Source of the DNA: Octopus bimaculoides
Taxonomy: Eukaryota
Length of the DNA: 53,650 nucleotides
Assembly: GCF_001194135.2 (NCBI RefSeq)
Contig: NC_068992.1
Span: forward strand, 12,469,427 to 12,523,076
Direction: 5' to 3'
The notes under the pieces are model-generated. The model ran no database searches and was not told the origin of the DNA. It was given only the letters and a program-made list of their open reading frames with translations. The position numbers were made by a program, and so were the translations under genes. Below, in pieces: positions 26,108 through 39,417 of this stretch. Positions within the stretch are counted from its first letter, which is position 1. Every line of letters starts with the position of its first letter.

Positions 26108-26665
26108 TACTTGTTTTAGTCATTAGATTGTGACCATGCTGGGATACTGCCTTTCAAAAATTTGTCGAAGGAAATGACTCCAGTACTAATTGTATTTTTT
26201 AAAGTCTATTAGTTATTCCACGTACACAGGTCAGAGACCTCAGCAGAGGCTAATGGTACCTGCTACGGATACCATGTAAGCAAGTACCACCTGTTCCAAG
26301 GTCGGGTGTTGGCGACGGAAAATGATCTCCCACTCGATTACGTTTCTACTGTTGTGAAGGGATTGTCTGGACGCCCGGTAAAACCAAACGCAAGAATTTT
26401 CAAACAGCGGATGAGCTCCTTGTGGGCCAAACGATTATGTCTTCCAAGAAAACACTACAAGAAAGAACGAAGTAACGCTATCGGCTTCATCCGATGGACA
26501 GAGTCGCGCTTCATTGGAAAGATTTACGCGCTGCAGAAAATGTAGGAAACATGACGACGATTACTTTTATCGGCCTATTTTGTCGAACCGCTTGGCTATG
26601 GGGACAGAAACACACTGTCACAGTTCGTCGAGTGGTCGTGGAGTCCAAAACCAAATACACACACT
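26108..26665 (+). mobile_element. SINE family C copy split by a ~340-bp insertion (26220-26560)
   Basis: The 5' half 26108-26219 and the 3' half 26561-26665 (TTTTGTCGAACCGCTTGGCTATGGGGACAG) are colinear with intact family C copies. Confidence 0.65.
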
Positions 26666-26722
26666 CACACACACACATTCACACACATGCGCAGATACAT
26701 ACGCACGTATATTTATGTATAT

Positions 26723-26868
26723 AACGAGCTTTCGATTTCCATCTTCCAAATCCACTCACAAGGATTTGGTCGGTCACAAGCTATAGTAGAAGACACTTGC
26801 TCTAGGTGCTACGCAGAATCAAGTGGGTGGAAAGCAAAATACTTACCACAAGGCAACGCCTGCGCCTA
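26723..26868 (-). mobile_element. tRNA-derived SINE family A copy
   Basis: Reverse complement GGCGCAGGCGTTGCCTTGTGGTAAG...GCAAGTGTCTTCTACTATAGC...GTGAGTGGATTTGG is homologous to 3881-4012. Confidence 0.75.
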
Positions 26869-27449
26869 TAAAAAAATTATGTGGAATATAAAAGAATATG
26901 TAGAATATAAACATATATATACACACAAGTACACAATCACACACACATATATACAAGCATATCATTGCTATTATGCAAAAGTGTCGTACGTCCAAAACAT
27001 TGCCTCTTCAGAAAACGAAAAAATAGTTTTGCCATTCCGTTTATTTTCACATTAGCAACAGCTTCAGCTTAACAGTAATAGTTCGTTATGTGCATGAAAA
27101 CGTAACTCTATGCATGTATGATATTTTCAGGCAGAAATATTTTTGCATGACTGTCGTATGTGGAGCTTAAATCACTTTTGAAAAAAATGCTAAACCGTTG
27201 TACTACACTTTGACAATTTTCATCTGAAGCAGCTGGAGATATGATACTTTTACCAAAAGAACCGGCTATTGCAAGCAAAATTAAATATTGAAAAAACCGC
27301 TTTTGGCGAAACGACAGTTTGACGTAAGAGCAACAATACATATTGATACACACATTGGTATGTATGCTTTTAAATTTATTACTTATGTGCAGATGAATTA
27401 TATCTTTATTTTATCATTTACGAACACTGATGAACATCTATAAAGTGTA

Positions 27450-27788
27450 AAGGGTAAAGACACCCTTCGGTCAGGAATGATCATGGGATTGCATCGAGAA
27501 AGTTCTCCTCCAAGGCACAAGTCTGGGTAAGGTTGTTCATGGAAGAGCAGCAGTCGCCCATGCACCCCGGCTCCACTCTCCACGCCACCAATATTATCGA
27601 AGAAAAGGCAAAGGTCTATACGGCTTGGCACCAGTAACGTCACAACTCATTTCTGCAGCTGAATGAACTGGAGTATCGTGAAATAAGGTGTTCTGTTCCA
27701 GAATACATCACAGCGCGGTCTGGGAATCGAACTCACTACCCCATGATTGTGAGACTGATGCTCTAACTCTTGAGTCATGCGCCTTCAC
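27450..27788 (-). mobile_element. tRNA-derived SINE (family D here), near full length
   Basis: Head GTGAAGGCGCATGACTCAAGAGTTAGAGC (decayed A-box) and B-box GAGTTCGATTCCC at 27722-27734, followed by a ~280-bp body. Confidence 0.8.
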
Positions 27789-28894
27789 TGAACTCTTATC
27801 TATATATATATAAACGTTATATATACGATACATTTCTCGCTATAATGTAGAGAGACAAATATTTTTCATTATTCATCTAGTTGTACAAAAGCACATCAAG
27901 CGTAAAGTCTTTTATATTATTTACGTAGTTTCATTTTCCTATATGCATGTTCTTTCTTTTCATATGTGACCAACGACTTGCTGCCCTGTGTAATGGCTAA
28001 TTATAGAGATCCAGCGCTCGACCCAGGGACATTTTTGTAGCGTAAATCGGTTTTGCAATTGTTAAAAAATATTATCTAGCATCATTTGTTTAAAACTGAC
28101 AGTAGTCATTACTCATTCTCTAAGCAGTTGTCAAAATATTTGAATTCTTCATAATTTATCGCCATATACCAGAATATATTGTTTTTAACATGTGCCTTGC
28201 ATGTATATAAAAAGAGAGCATTATTTTAGTGATGAACTAGAGAATTATTATAACAATGTTTGTCAAAACGCATTGCGACAACCAACCATTTATGGCCTTC
28301 TTAGGTCAATCGCAATTACGCCCCAGCTGTGTCTGCAGTCTTGTCTTCTCTACTGCCACCATAATAACTTCTGTTCGCTGGAGCTCCACTCAAGTTATTT
28401 TGGCTCACTCGTCTCTACTGATATCCACCTCATGCTGAGTCCAACTAACTTCTGTCTTAGACGTTCTTACTCCAACTCTCGACCTTCTATGAATAATCTT
28501 TCTGCTCACGTCACTCACGTTAGAAGAGTTTAAGTGGAACCCGCTGTAAAGATTATGGGTTCTGCCCCTACTTTCAATTTCGTCAAGCCAAAAAATTCTG
28601 GTAATTGATATTTAATAAATCGCCTCCAAATTTATGTCAGTTTACCTGCAGCAGAAATAACAGTTGCCGCCGCTGCTGCTGCTGCTGCCATTACTACTAC
28701 AACTACTACTACTACTACTACTACAGTATTTAATTATATTCATTGATTTCTATCTAATCGTTTTCAATTGCTTTTTTCTATAGCTTTTTTATTTCATTTT
28801 GTTAATGTCAACCGCTGTCTATTTTACACTTTCTACATACTTCTCTCTTTACGTCAACCTCACTTTCTGTGATTAGCTTTCCTTTACGCACTTG

Positions 28895-28959
<65 letters not shown>

Positions 28960-29772
28960 TTTCTGTCTTTCTCCTTCTTTTCTCTCTGTATCACTTTCAC
29001 TGTCACCCTCTTTATATTTCTTGAGTCTGACCGAGTTTATCTGTTTTCCTCTCTGAATAGAACGACTCTCAAAATCTTGGCACAATAATCTATTTTTTAC
29101 ACGCACACATCTCTCTCTCTTTCTCTCTCTCATTCTCTCTCTCTCTCATTCCCCCTGTTCACACACACACATACACACACACATATATATATACATACAA
29201 GCATGCATGAATTCCACACATGCATACACGTGCAAACACATGCATACATACATACATATATGCATACAAACATATACACATACACACATGGAGGTTATCA
29301 CTTACTCTTTGCTACCCAGCTCTTCAAATCGTTTCCGAATGTAGATAGTATTGATTCTAAAGATAAATACCACTTGTCCACCTTTGTTTGGCATTAGAGT
29401 ACAAAGATCAGTCTGCAAGTGACTGGGAAATGTTTACCGAATAGACCCATACGAACCAATACTTCTTGCTCTATTCTGCTCAGGCATGTCAAGTTATCAG
29501 CTGTACGCTATTGATTACTATACCATTCTGAGATCTCAGACTATTCCAGACCATCATCTCAAAACAAAAACTAAGAATAATAAAACTAAAAACATATAAA
29601 AAAAACGTGCTTCTTTTTAACACTTTAGTCTGGAACAAATTATTCCAAATAAACGGCCTTTTCACAGAGCAATAAAAGCAATGAATGTGTGAATGTTGTG
29701 GTCATTTATTATTGCATATACGCATCAGTATGTACACACGCGTGTGAATATGTGTGTGCATGTATACATACA

Positions 29773-29822
<50 letters not shown>

Positions 29823-29996
29823 TATACGCCCACATATACGTAAGTGATTTCAAACATAGACGCATAGACACATAGAATGGTCAAGCATTGGTGTCTATTA
29901 GAAAGAATGAGGAGTGCTCAATGCAGACTGAAGAAGTATATAGCGTGTTTAATTTAAGCTGAATAATTACCCCACGATTCAAGCTTCATTCTGCTA

Positions 29997-30720
<724 letters not shown>

Positions 30721-31469
30721 TTTTCGTGTTTGGTATGCTATTGTAGTCGTTTCTTAACTGCATCCTCGTAGTAGGCGATCCTTTGCTTTCTATGAAGATT
30801 CCTAATCATTTGTATATCAAATGATTGTCAACATGTCCTGTTAAGGCAAATGATGGTAAAGCAGCTAAAGCAAATAAATTGTTTATGGCGTTCCATCATT
30901 GGCTCCCTTCGTTTTGCCCCGCTGGTTCGTATGAAATATTAAATATTATTTGCAAAAGGAAAACACCGAATGCTGTAAAGGACCTTGGAAGAGATAATTG
31001 TCTCACCCTGTCAAGAAATATTACCACGAGTTGTTTTTATAGCGTTTACCACTGTTGAAAGCTGAAGATGTCAGCCTTGGTCATTATAACATTAAATTGA
31101 AACATACAGATAAAAAGAAGATACAAACAAAATGATGAAATTTAAGAGCTAAAGGAATGAACTCAAATGAAACAAAAAACAAGACGAACAGATATCAGTT
31201 ATGAAATTCTTACCATAAAAACCGAAAGAAATGTTATAAATGGAGACATCTTTCACTACTTTAGTCGCGACATTAATAAGATAAAATTATTACAATCTCA
31301 AGTAAAAATTAAGAGAAGTTGCATAAACAGAGGCGAAAATAGAGGAACGCTGCATCACTCCAAATGTACTCCCAACTTCTTACACACAAAGATCTTTACC
31401 ATTGATCTTCTGCAATTAGGAACATGAGTCAATATCCATTTCAGGACAAAAATGTTGATAAACAAAAGC

Positions 31470-31805
31470 ACTCAACGGTTAGACAGAGATGAATTTTTAA
31501 AAAAAACCAATATCTTGAATAAACTCGACTGCTCTCACAAACGAGAATACTGAAAACGAAAACACGTCCGCTCTCAAAAATTAAGTAAAAAAACCGGAAA
31601 AATAATCCAGAATCCTTGTCCGGTGCTTGATTGATCCCCAAATCTAATCGGTTCGTGCCAATCACGAGGCCAAACATTCCTGAAAGTTTCATTCGAATCC
31701 ATCAAGCAGTTCTTAAGTTATCTTGTCCATAGACAAAAAAAAAAAAAAACCAAAAAAAAAACGCGACTGAAGCAATACCTCCGCCTTCGCTAAAACTGAA
31801 AGTAG
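31470..31805 (+). mobile_element. Non-autonomous Helentron/HINE-like repeat
   Basis: GAAAGTTTCATTCGAATCCATCAAGCAGTTC, an A-rich tract, then AATACCTCCGCCTTCGCT with a decayed right hairpin arm. Assignment from recalled architecture. Confidence 0.4.
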
Positions 31806-32194
31806 CATAGAGAGTGACAAATTCTCTACACTCTCAGAAACTATTTGTATCCTTCACTATTTTCTATTATGTGAGGTAGATATAAACAGTCGCTGGAACA
31901 GTCGCACAAAGCCGTTGGTTTTAACGAAATTTTTATATAAAACGGTGTTTGGACAAGCTAGAAACTAACTACAAAAGTACGATGTTGGGATATTGGGAAA
32001 AAATTGCTTTGGAAAAGAGAATTTCGTGACGGAAAATATTGAGCAATCTAAACACAAACGAAGTGGATATAGAAAAAGAAACAATATTAATCTTTCGCTG
32101 AGAAGTGTAAAATATAGTGCCGTTCCGAAGTTTTGCGATCATGATATAAGAAGAAAAAAAAAACAGTTCAAAGTTTAATCCAATATCCAGAGTA

Positions 32195-32482
32195 AACGTA
32201 TTTCCTGTGAAGTTGCTTTTAGCCCTTCGTGGTCGATAGAATAAGCATCAATTGAACGTCCCCTCCCTACAAAAATATTAGGCCACGTGCCTATCGTAGA
32301 AATGATTAGTATTACCAACAATTACGCGTTCTAGATTAATTAGGGTAACTATGAAAACATTATTCTCATTAGTGATTATTATTATTCTAAAATATTTTGG
32401 TGAATGTAAGGTGGCAAGCTGGAGCAATCTTTATCACGCCAGACCAAATGCTTAGCAGCATTTCGTCTCTCTTTATGTTCTG
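32195..32482 (+). mobile_element. Two SINE family B fragments (3' part 32195-32312; 5' head 32405-32482)
   Basis: GGTGGCAAGCTGGAGC...AAATGCTTAGCAGCATTTCGTC matches 655-730. CCCTCCCTACAAAAATATTAGGCCACGTGCCT matches the family 3' end. Confidence 0.6.
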
Positions 32483-34559
32483 GTGGTGGAGGTGGTGGTG
32501 CTGGTGGAGGTGGTGGTGCTGGTGGAGGTGGTAGTGCTGGTGGAGGTGGTGGTAGTGGTGATATTGCTGTGATTAACATCACCATAACCCTGCCATCAAA
32601 AATTGCATGCGATATTCCAGTTCACCATAGCATTTGTACTGTGGTATCATTTGTATATGTAAAGTTGCGTGTACAATTACATGAATATTGTTTTGTTGTG
32701 TAATGCGTTTGGCAGTCTCTTGTGATATTTTAACGTTTCTTCTATGTCTACTATTAACTATCTGTACGGCTGATTTTGTTCTGATTCTCTGATATCAATG
32801 TTTTGTTCTGTTTTAAATAATTTGAATATTACAATAGTAGATTTGGCATATTTTTTTCCACTTCTATATTCGTTTTTATATCACGGTTGAATTGATGAAC
32901 AATTTTGACAAGAGACCGAGGACTGGGAATTGTAAATAGCGTTAAGCCATCCATATGGAATATTTGGTTTATAATGTGTCTATGTCGTTTAAAAGCATTG
33001 ATATTTTCATTTCTCAGATATGTGAATGGAGACAGAAATAAGCGGACAAATGAGGAATATATGGATGGGTTATTTTACAGTGGCGAGAGTTGATCATGTT
33101 CATCCTTTGACATCAAAGGTTAATAGAGTTTGACACCAGTCTATTGGACTATATTGTTGACAACGTTAGGATTTGAACTCAAGATATATTTTAAGGCTTG
33201 ATACAATATTTCGGTAGAAGTAAACACATCGTACGTTTCACTTTATAATGCACTTTTCCTCTCTGACTGTCTGACTGTCTGCCTGTCTATCTGTGTATAT
33301 ATATATATATATATATATTTATTTATATAATTATATATATACATATTTATTGCATACTTGATACGTTCATACAGGAACATACATAGTATGCACATATNNN
33401 NNNNNNNNNNNNNNNNNNNNNNNNNNNNNNNNNNNNNNNNNNNNNNNNNNNNNNNNNNNNNNNNNNNNNNNNNNNNNNNNNNNATATATATATATTACTT
33501 TATTAATATATATATATATATATATATATTTATTTATATAATTATATATATACATATTTATTGCATACTTGATACGTTCATACAGGAACATACATAGTAT
33601 GCACATATGCACATATATTCATATAGTTATTTAAATGTATATATGCGTACATACTTGTGTGTATGTATGCTTGTATATGTGTGTGTGTGTGTGTGTGCGT
33701 ATTATTATTATATATATATATAATATAAACTCTTTTTTATACATGAACTTAATTTCTGTTACTGCTGTATACCTGTATATATATTTAGGTGAAATTTTGT
33801 CCGATAACAAAGTGTCTATTACATTTAAAATAGACCGTTCTCTAGAATATAACTCGTTCTTCTCGCTAAACTCGATGATGGAAATTTATCATTTTAATTC
33901 AATATTTGAATTTAACTGAAATATTAATGGGAATTAGTAGAAAAACCGTTCGCCTTGCGCTATTACTAGATCAGCTACATTATTTGTATTTAATCAAATT
34001 GAAAACTTCAATTAGATATCAAAATGGTGCCTGAAATTCTCGAACTGAAATCACGCGTCTCATCAGATAACTAACCTCTAGATCAATTTACTGCAGCAGT
34101 AATTAATCTGTTTCACAACGCGTTTTCCAGATATATTGCGATTAGATTTTTCTACTCATAGTAACAAAATGCAGATTTCCTCTGTCTATTCTATAGAAAA
34201 TGGAGGTAAATTATAGTTAATAGCACCTTCATAATTGAATATCCGGCCAGAAGTCCTTAGTTCTAATACCCTTATCAACCGAGCAATTTTCGAATAACGC
34301 GGGACAAGGAAACGCTCCCGTATAAATTAATTGAAATTTCAGCAATTTCCTCTGGTTCCTTATACTACATCATTAAACACCAATAATGTCAAGTAGATTT
34401 AGTTCTTACTACGAAAATGAATTCTACAGTGAAAAGGCCATTTACCTTCAAATTTGATGGCTCCTACAAAAGGCACTAACATTTATGTAAATAAGTGTTT
34501 ACATCGTATGTGTAGTGGATGATAATCCGATCTAGTAATAGATAATGGATCAGTGTACA

Positions 34560-34971
34560 AAAGAGCGTGATCGTTGCCAGAACAGCTGACTGGCTTCCAT
34601 GCCGGTAGCACGTATAAAAGCACCATTCGGGCGTGATCGTTACTAGCGTCGCCTTACTGACACTTGTGCCGGTGGCACGTGAAAACATATTTGGGTGAGG
34701 TTGTTGCCAGTGCCGCTGGACTGACTCCTGTCCAGGTGGCACGTAAAAAACACCATTTGAGCGTGGCTGTTGCCAGTTCGACCTGACTGACCCTCGTGAC
34801 GGTGGCACGTAAAAGCAGGTTATGAAAGCCATCCAGCTGTAGAAAATCTGCCAGATCAGATTGGAGCCTGGTGCAGCCATCTGCCTCTCCAGTCTTCAGT
34901 CAAATCGTCAAACCCATGCCAGCATGGAAAGCGGACGTTAAACGATGATGATGATGATCATCATCATCATC
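34560..34971 (+). mobile_element. SINE-like element (family E here) with four ~64-bp internal subrepeats and (GAT)n tail
   Basis: The 3' ~125 bp are ~85-90% identical to 52294-52426. GGTGGCACGT(A)AAAA recurs four times. Confidence 0.85.
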
Positions 34972-35346
34972 CTCGTCATCATCGTCGTCATCATCATCAT
35001 CCTCCTCCTCATCATCATCATCATCAACATCATCAATATCAAATATACAGAAAACAATTTTTTAAAATGCTTTTTGTCTTTTCAAAAATGAGACATTTCT
35101 GTTCAGCAAAAACAGTAGCTAACCAAGAAAAAGTAGATTTATTTTCAGATTCAGCGCCCTCAAATTAGCTAAAAAAAAAAAAAGATGTTTGCTGTCTCGA
35201 CACCATTCCAATTTTTTATTTTTTTGACCAGTGTAATCTTTTATAATATTGTGTACTTTATAGGTTGTATTCTTATTGCAACACTCTAATTTCGTTACAT
35301 CTGAAAGACCTAGTAACATTTTGAAATATATTAATTTTACTTTACG

Positions 35347-35710
35347 ATCTCTTTATCTAAGAAATAATAGAGGTTATATTTATCGTAGATCTATATTTTA
35401 TGTTTATGCTTTTGTTTGTGTATACTTAGGGAATTCAACCTTTGACAATTTATGTTTAATAAGGACCATTATTTGTTAGTTTCTTTGAATAATCTTTATT
35501 CCAGAAACTTCTAATTTAGATTCTTTTGAAAGATTTAGTAATATTTCGATATTTATTCTTTATACTTATAGTTTATTATCTCTTTATCTAAGACATAATA
35601 TAAGTTATAATTATTGTAGATCTTAGTTTTTGTTTATTTTAATTACCGAGTTCCTCACTTCGATAAAATACGTAAATAAGGGACATTATTTGGTAGTTAC
35701 TTTGAATAAT
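35347..35710. repeat. Diverged AT-rich tandem duplication, period ~231 bp
   Basis: ATCTCTTTATCTAAGA at 35347 and 35578; GGACCATTATTTGTTAGTTTCTTTGAATAAT versus GGACATTATTTGGTAGTTACTTTGAATAAT. Confidence 0.75.
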
Positions 35711-35765
35711 ATTGATATCAGTAACTTTGATTAAATGAGAGGTGTGATTATATTTTATCATTATA

Positions 35766-36700
35766 CTAGCAAACGCACTCGTGCTTTGGATGGTTCAAGT
35801 TAATTTGACGGTATTTTATCACTTTGTTCCAGTTCAGCTAGTTGTTTGCTCAGTGGTATACCCCATGAAGTAAATTTGAAGGAATCGGTGTTCAGCGTTT
35901 TTCATATTAAGAATAGAGCTTATCCGATGACACGTTTGGCCCTGAATTTTGAATGTTGGTATATAGGAGTCTTCATGAATGGGTTTGTGACCGAAACTTG
36001 TCATCTAGAAGGCAGAGTTATAAACGCGAATTGTATAAATTGCTGTGAATCAGGGCGTTGAGCAAGGAGTAAAGAGAGAAAAGGCCGAGGCGAGTTTTGA
36101 AGGTCAGGCAAGCAAACCTTCCTGTTTCAGCAGCATAGGCCACTGCATTCTCCAACCCACTTGAGGGCCTTGCAAAATGGACATATTACAGTCTGTTGAT
36201 GAGTAACAGTCACTAGATGAGTGGCGCGTAATCATCGGCAGGATCATATGTGAGCGCATTTGAAGCTCATCGACTACTCGATGGCTTCCAATAGTAAAGG
36301 GCAAGCACCTTTCAGTAAACATTAGACTGAAGTCTCACCATCTGCTAGTTATTGTCATCTGCCAACCTTGTGGCAGAAGTGGATGCAGCGTTGCGTACCC
36401 GACGGATAGCACCCTCTTCTGAGGCTTCTTCGACCCTCATGGCAGAAGTGGATGCAGCGCTGCGTGCCCGACGGATAGCACTCAGTTGTAGGGTTACTGC
36501 AGCTTTTGCGTCAGCAGAACGCACTCGATAGGTTTCCCACTGTTCTGAAGTAGTTGTAGCTCTACCAGCGGTTGCTCTTTTCAACAGTCAGCAGGACCTA
36601 TGGTCCTAAGTTTCCTTAGCATACCAGCGCTGCAGTCTTGCCGCAGCAGAAGACTCTGCCAATGAGTGCTCGCTTTTTAGGTGGCATACTTGTATTATCT
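35766..36700 (-). mobile_element. Internally deleted Helitron: Rep/helicase N-terminal pseudo-ORF joined to a 3' CTAG terminus
   Basis: From ATG 36687: MPPKKR..., charged repeats, TVICPFCKALKWVGECSGLCC*NRKVCLP and IRVYNSAF*MTSFG...PTFKIQGQTCHRISS...FLQIYF, all hallmark Helitron N-terminal motifs. CTAG|T end at 35766-35769 with a CpG-decayed hairpin just upstream. Confidence 0.85.
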
Positions 36701-39226
36701 GGAAGAGGAAAATGTGTTTTAGTGTACCAAGTGATTATCGATTCATTCACATCATATGATCCATCGTAATGAGGGCCTGTAGTAAACCTGACATCGGTGG
36801 TTTATCATCAATTTAGACGATTGAAATGATTCTGATAATGTCTATCAATATTGCGAGTTTTCTTAATACAGCTGGCTTCGTCAGCTGTAGTGCAACATCT
36901 CGCTGGCTAGAGTTAACGTCATATATTAGAACTATCTCTAATCGACTACTTGTTCTGCCAAGAACATTCTTCTTTACCGTGAGTAATAGTTAGCTTTGAC
37001 AGTAAGTTACACGATATGAAAAGACGTGCGGGCCGCAGGAGAGCTTTAATTGTGCCGGCAGTGTGCATCATGCAAGAGGAAATGGTGCAGACACAGTTGT
37101 TGTAATTAGAAGGGACAGAATTTATGAACAGTGCGATAACTTGTAGCGTTTTGAAATTTGAATATGAATCTTTGCTAACCATCTGATTTGCTTTTAATAA
37201 TCGTATGTGCATTACAATTTCTGTATGTAGCAGACATCAATATATGGACAATATTATATAATTTTATTAAAGTCAGTTGACTGGGAGAATCACTTAGGGG
37301 CGTTGGATGAATTATATTTCAGTATTTAATAACTGCTCTCATAGGACTGCTTTCAAACTGCACTAAATTAGATTTCGTCTTTACAGTGTCTACAACAAAA
37401 GTACCAGTCACATATTGAGGTTCAGTTGATAGACTAAATTAATTGGTCAAATACGAGGTGTCGTATCTATGTGAAAAGTCAATAATATGTCCCTTTGTTT
37501 GAGTGTATTTATGGATATATTTACGTCAGCTTTTCACACACATAAAGAAATAATGCAGCGTCAAACTGGGATCAAGAGTAGACAAGATGTGCTCCTAAGT
37601 TACACTGAATTTGAGCGCTGCTTTGCAAAGCACATAGGTCAGTGTCAATGATGTCATACAATCTCTTCAACTTTTGTGCGGTAGTCTAACAATAAATACT
37701 CGATTGTGACAGCTGCGGTTTTTGATGCATTATGTAATTACTATGTACCCCCACTACCTTTGTCACTATTGAAAGCAAGCAGATGATGGCGGATGCAATG
37801 AAGTGGGGGAAATAGATGGAGAGGAGAAGAGAAGAGGAAGAAGATAAAGAGAGAAAGAGAAAGCGTAATGGGGTAATTTCAGAAACGGAAAATAATTATT
37901 TCCAACTATATTTAGAGATTTTCCAATATATCTATCAACTATTAATAACAGACTTTTCATGTGAAAATCTTGACATTTATATTAAATCAACATTTAAAGA
38001 TGTAAAAATAAAATCATAACGATTTTTGATTTTAGTTTGGTTTTTAATTTTATTATATATCTTTTTTTTTATCATTCTTGTCCTCAACAGAATTGTCTCT
38101 GCGAAAATAGGAGGAATGCATGCAAAGTTTCGGGAATGATAATCTAAAAGCAATATATATATGATTTATTTTTACTGGATCGTGAATCCGAAAATAAGTA
38201 TGATTGGATATGTAAAATAGTGTTCATGCTCTAAGCTTTTCTGAATGGTATAACTCTCTTACAACTGTTACGGTGCAATATCATTGCAGTTATTACAGTG
38301 TATCAACAAAAGCGCTATACATAACATGTTCCTTTTCAACGCATGGGATATTAGAATGGATGGAAATTGCTAAAAATGTTTTGGTGTCGTATATAACTAC
38401 TTTTAAGTTCTCGTTCATGAGACTGACAGATGTCCTTTAAAACTTAGTAAGGTTCATCCCTGCTACTGAAGGCTCATTCAGTATGTTGCTCAGCTCCAAT
38501 TCAGTTCCGGTCAAGAAGATATTGTTACAAGTAATCCAAACGTTTCGTCCATCAACAAGACAGCGTATTTCGGATCACGTAATATAACATTTGTTTTCTT
38601 GTCAACGCTACAGTCAGAATTACAAGATATTTGGTTGCTATTTCTGCACGTGAAACAATGATAAGTAGACTTCTGTTGGAATTTTGCCGTAAGATATTAA
38701 AGATAATGGCATTCATGCGTGACGTGCGATTTCTAGTTGCCTTCACAAGTCTACGGCAAGTCAACCAAGGTTTATAAAGAATTTATTGTTTTATTACATT
38801 CAAATTAACATTGTGAATATAAGTCAAACATAGTATTTGTATTCACAATATAGAGAAGCATAAGTACGGCATACTAGGAATTTCAAATTTGTGCTAACCA
38901 TCTATTAACATGTATTTACAAAAGTGTCTCTTTAGAGGGCAGATATTAACAGAACGGAGTTCTGTTAGTTCCACGGCACATGGCAGCAAAATCTATGGTA
39001 ATCCTATTTTGAAAGTATATTAACAAAGGAATAAGAATATTTTCATAATCATCATAGACATTAGAGTAGAGGACAAGGCGAATCATTAAAATATTAGACC
39101 AAACGGTTAACTGTATTAAGATATGTCTTTTAAAAGACGTATCGTACGTTGCCTTTCATGTCTGATAAATCGATATAAAATAAAATACTAATGAAGTACT
39201 GCAATGCATTTAATAAATTACAATCA

Positions 39227-39282
<56 letters not shown>

Positions 39283-39417
39283 AATATACGCTTTGTACCG
39301 ATGTGAGGAAAAAATTATTTGTTTTACGAATATAACATGTTTGTGTGAGTGTGTGTTTATGTTTGTGTTTGTGTGCGTGTGTTTATTTAGAGGTACTTAT
39401 ATATACATATATAGTTA

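Noticed and set aside
27700-27788. tRNA genes here and at 655-745
   Set aside because: These are SINE heads: decayed A-box, no complete cloverleaf, continuing into repeat bodies.
33300-33608. ~98-bp duplication (33300-33397 and ~33511-33608)
   Set aside because: Same gap-flanking pattern; probable assembly artefact.
34563-34817. Four-unit array as a CRISPR array
   Set aside because: Whole units are homologous, so there are no unique spacers. It lies inside a eukaryotic SINE and no cas genes are present.
38100-38770. Possible transposase remnants here and at 30720-31100 and 46860-47460
   Set aside because: Manual translation gave no motif I can assign with confidence; left unannotated.
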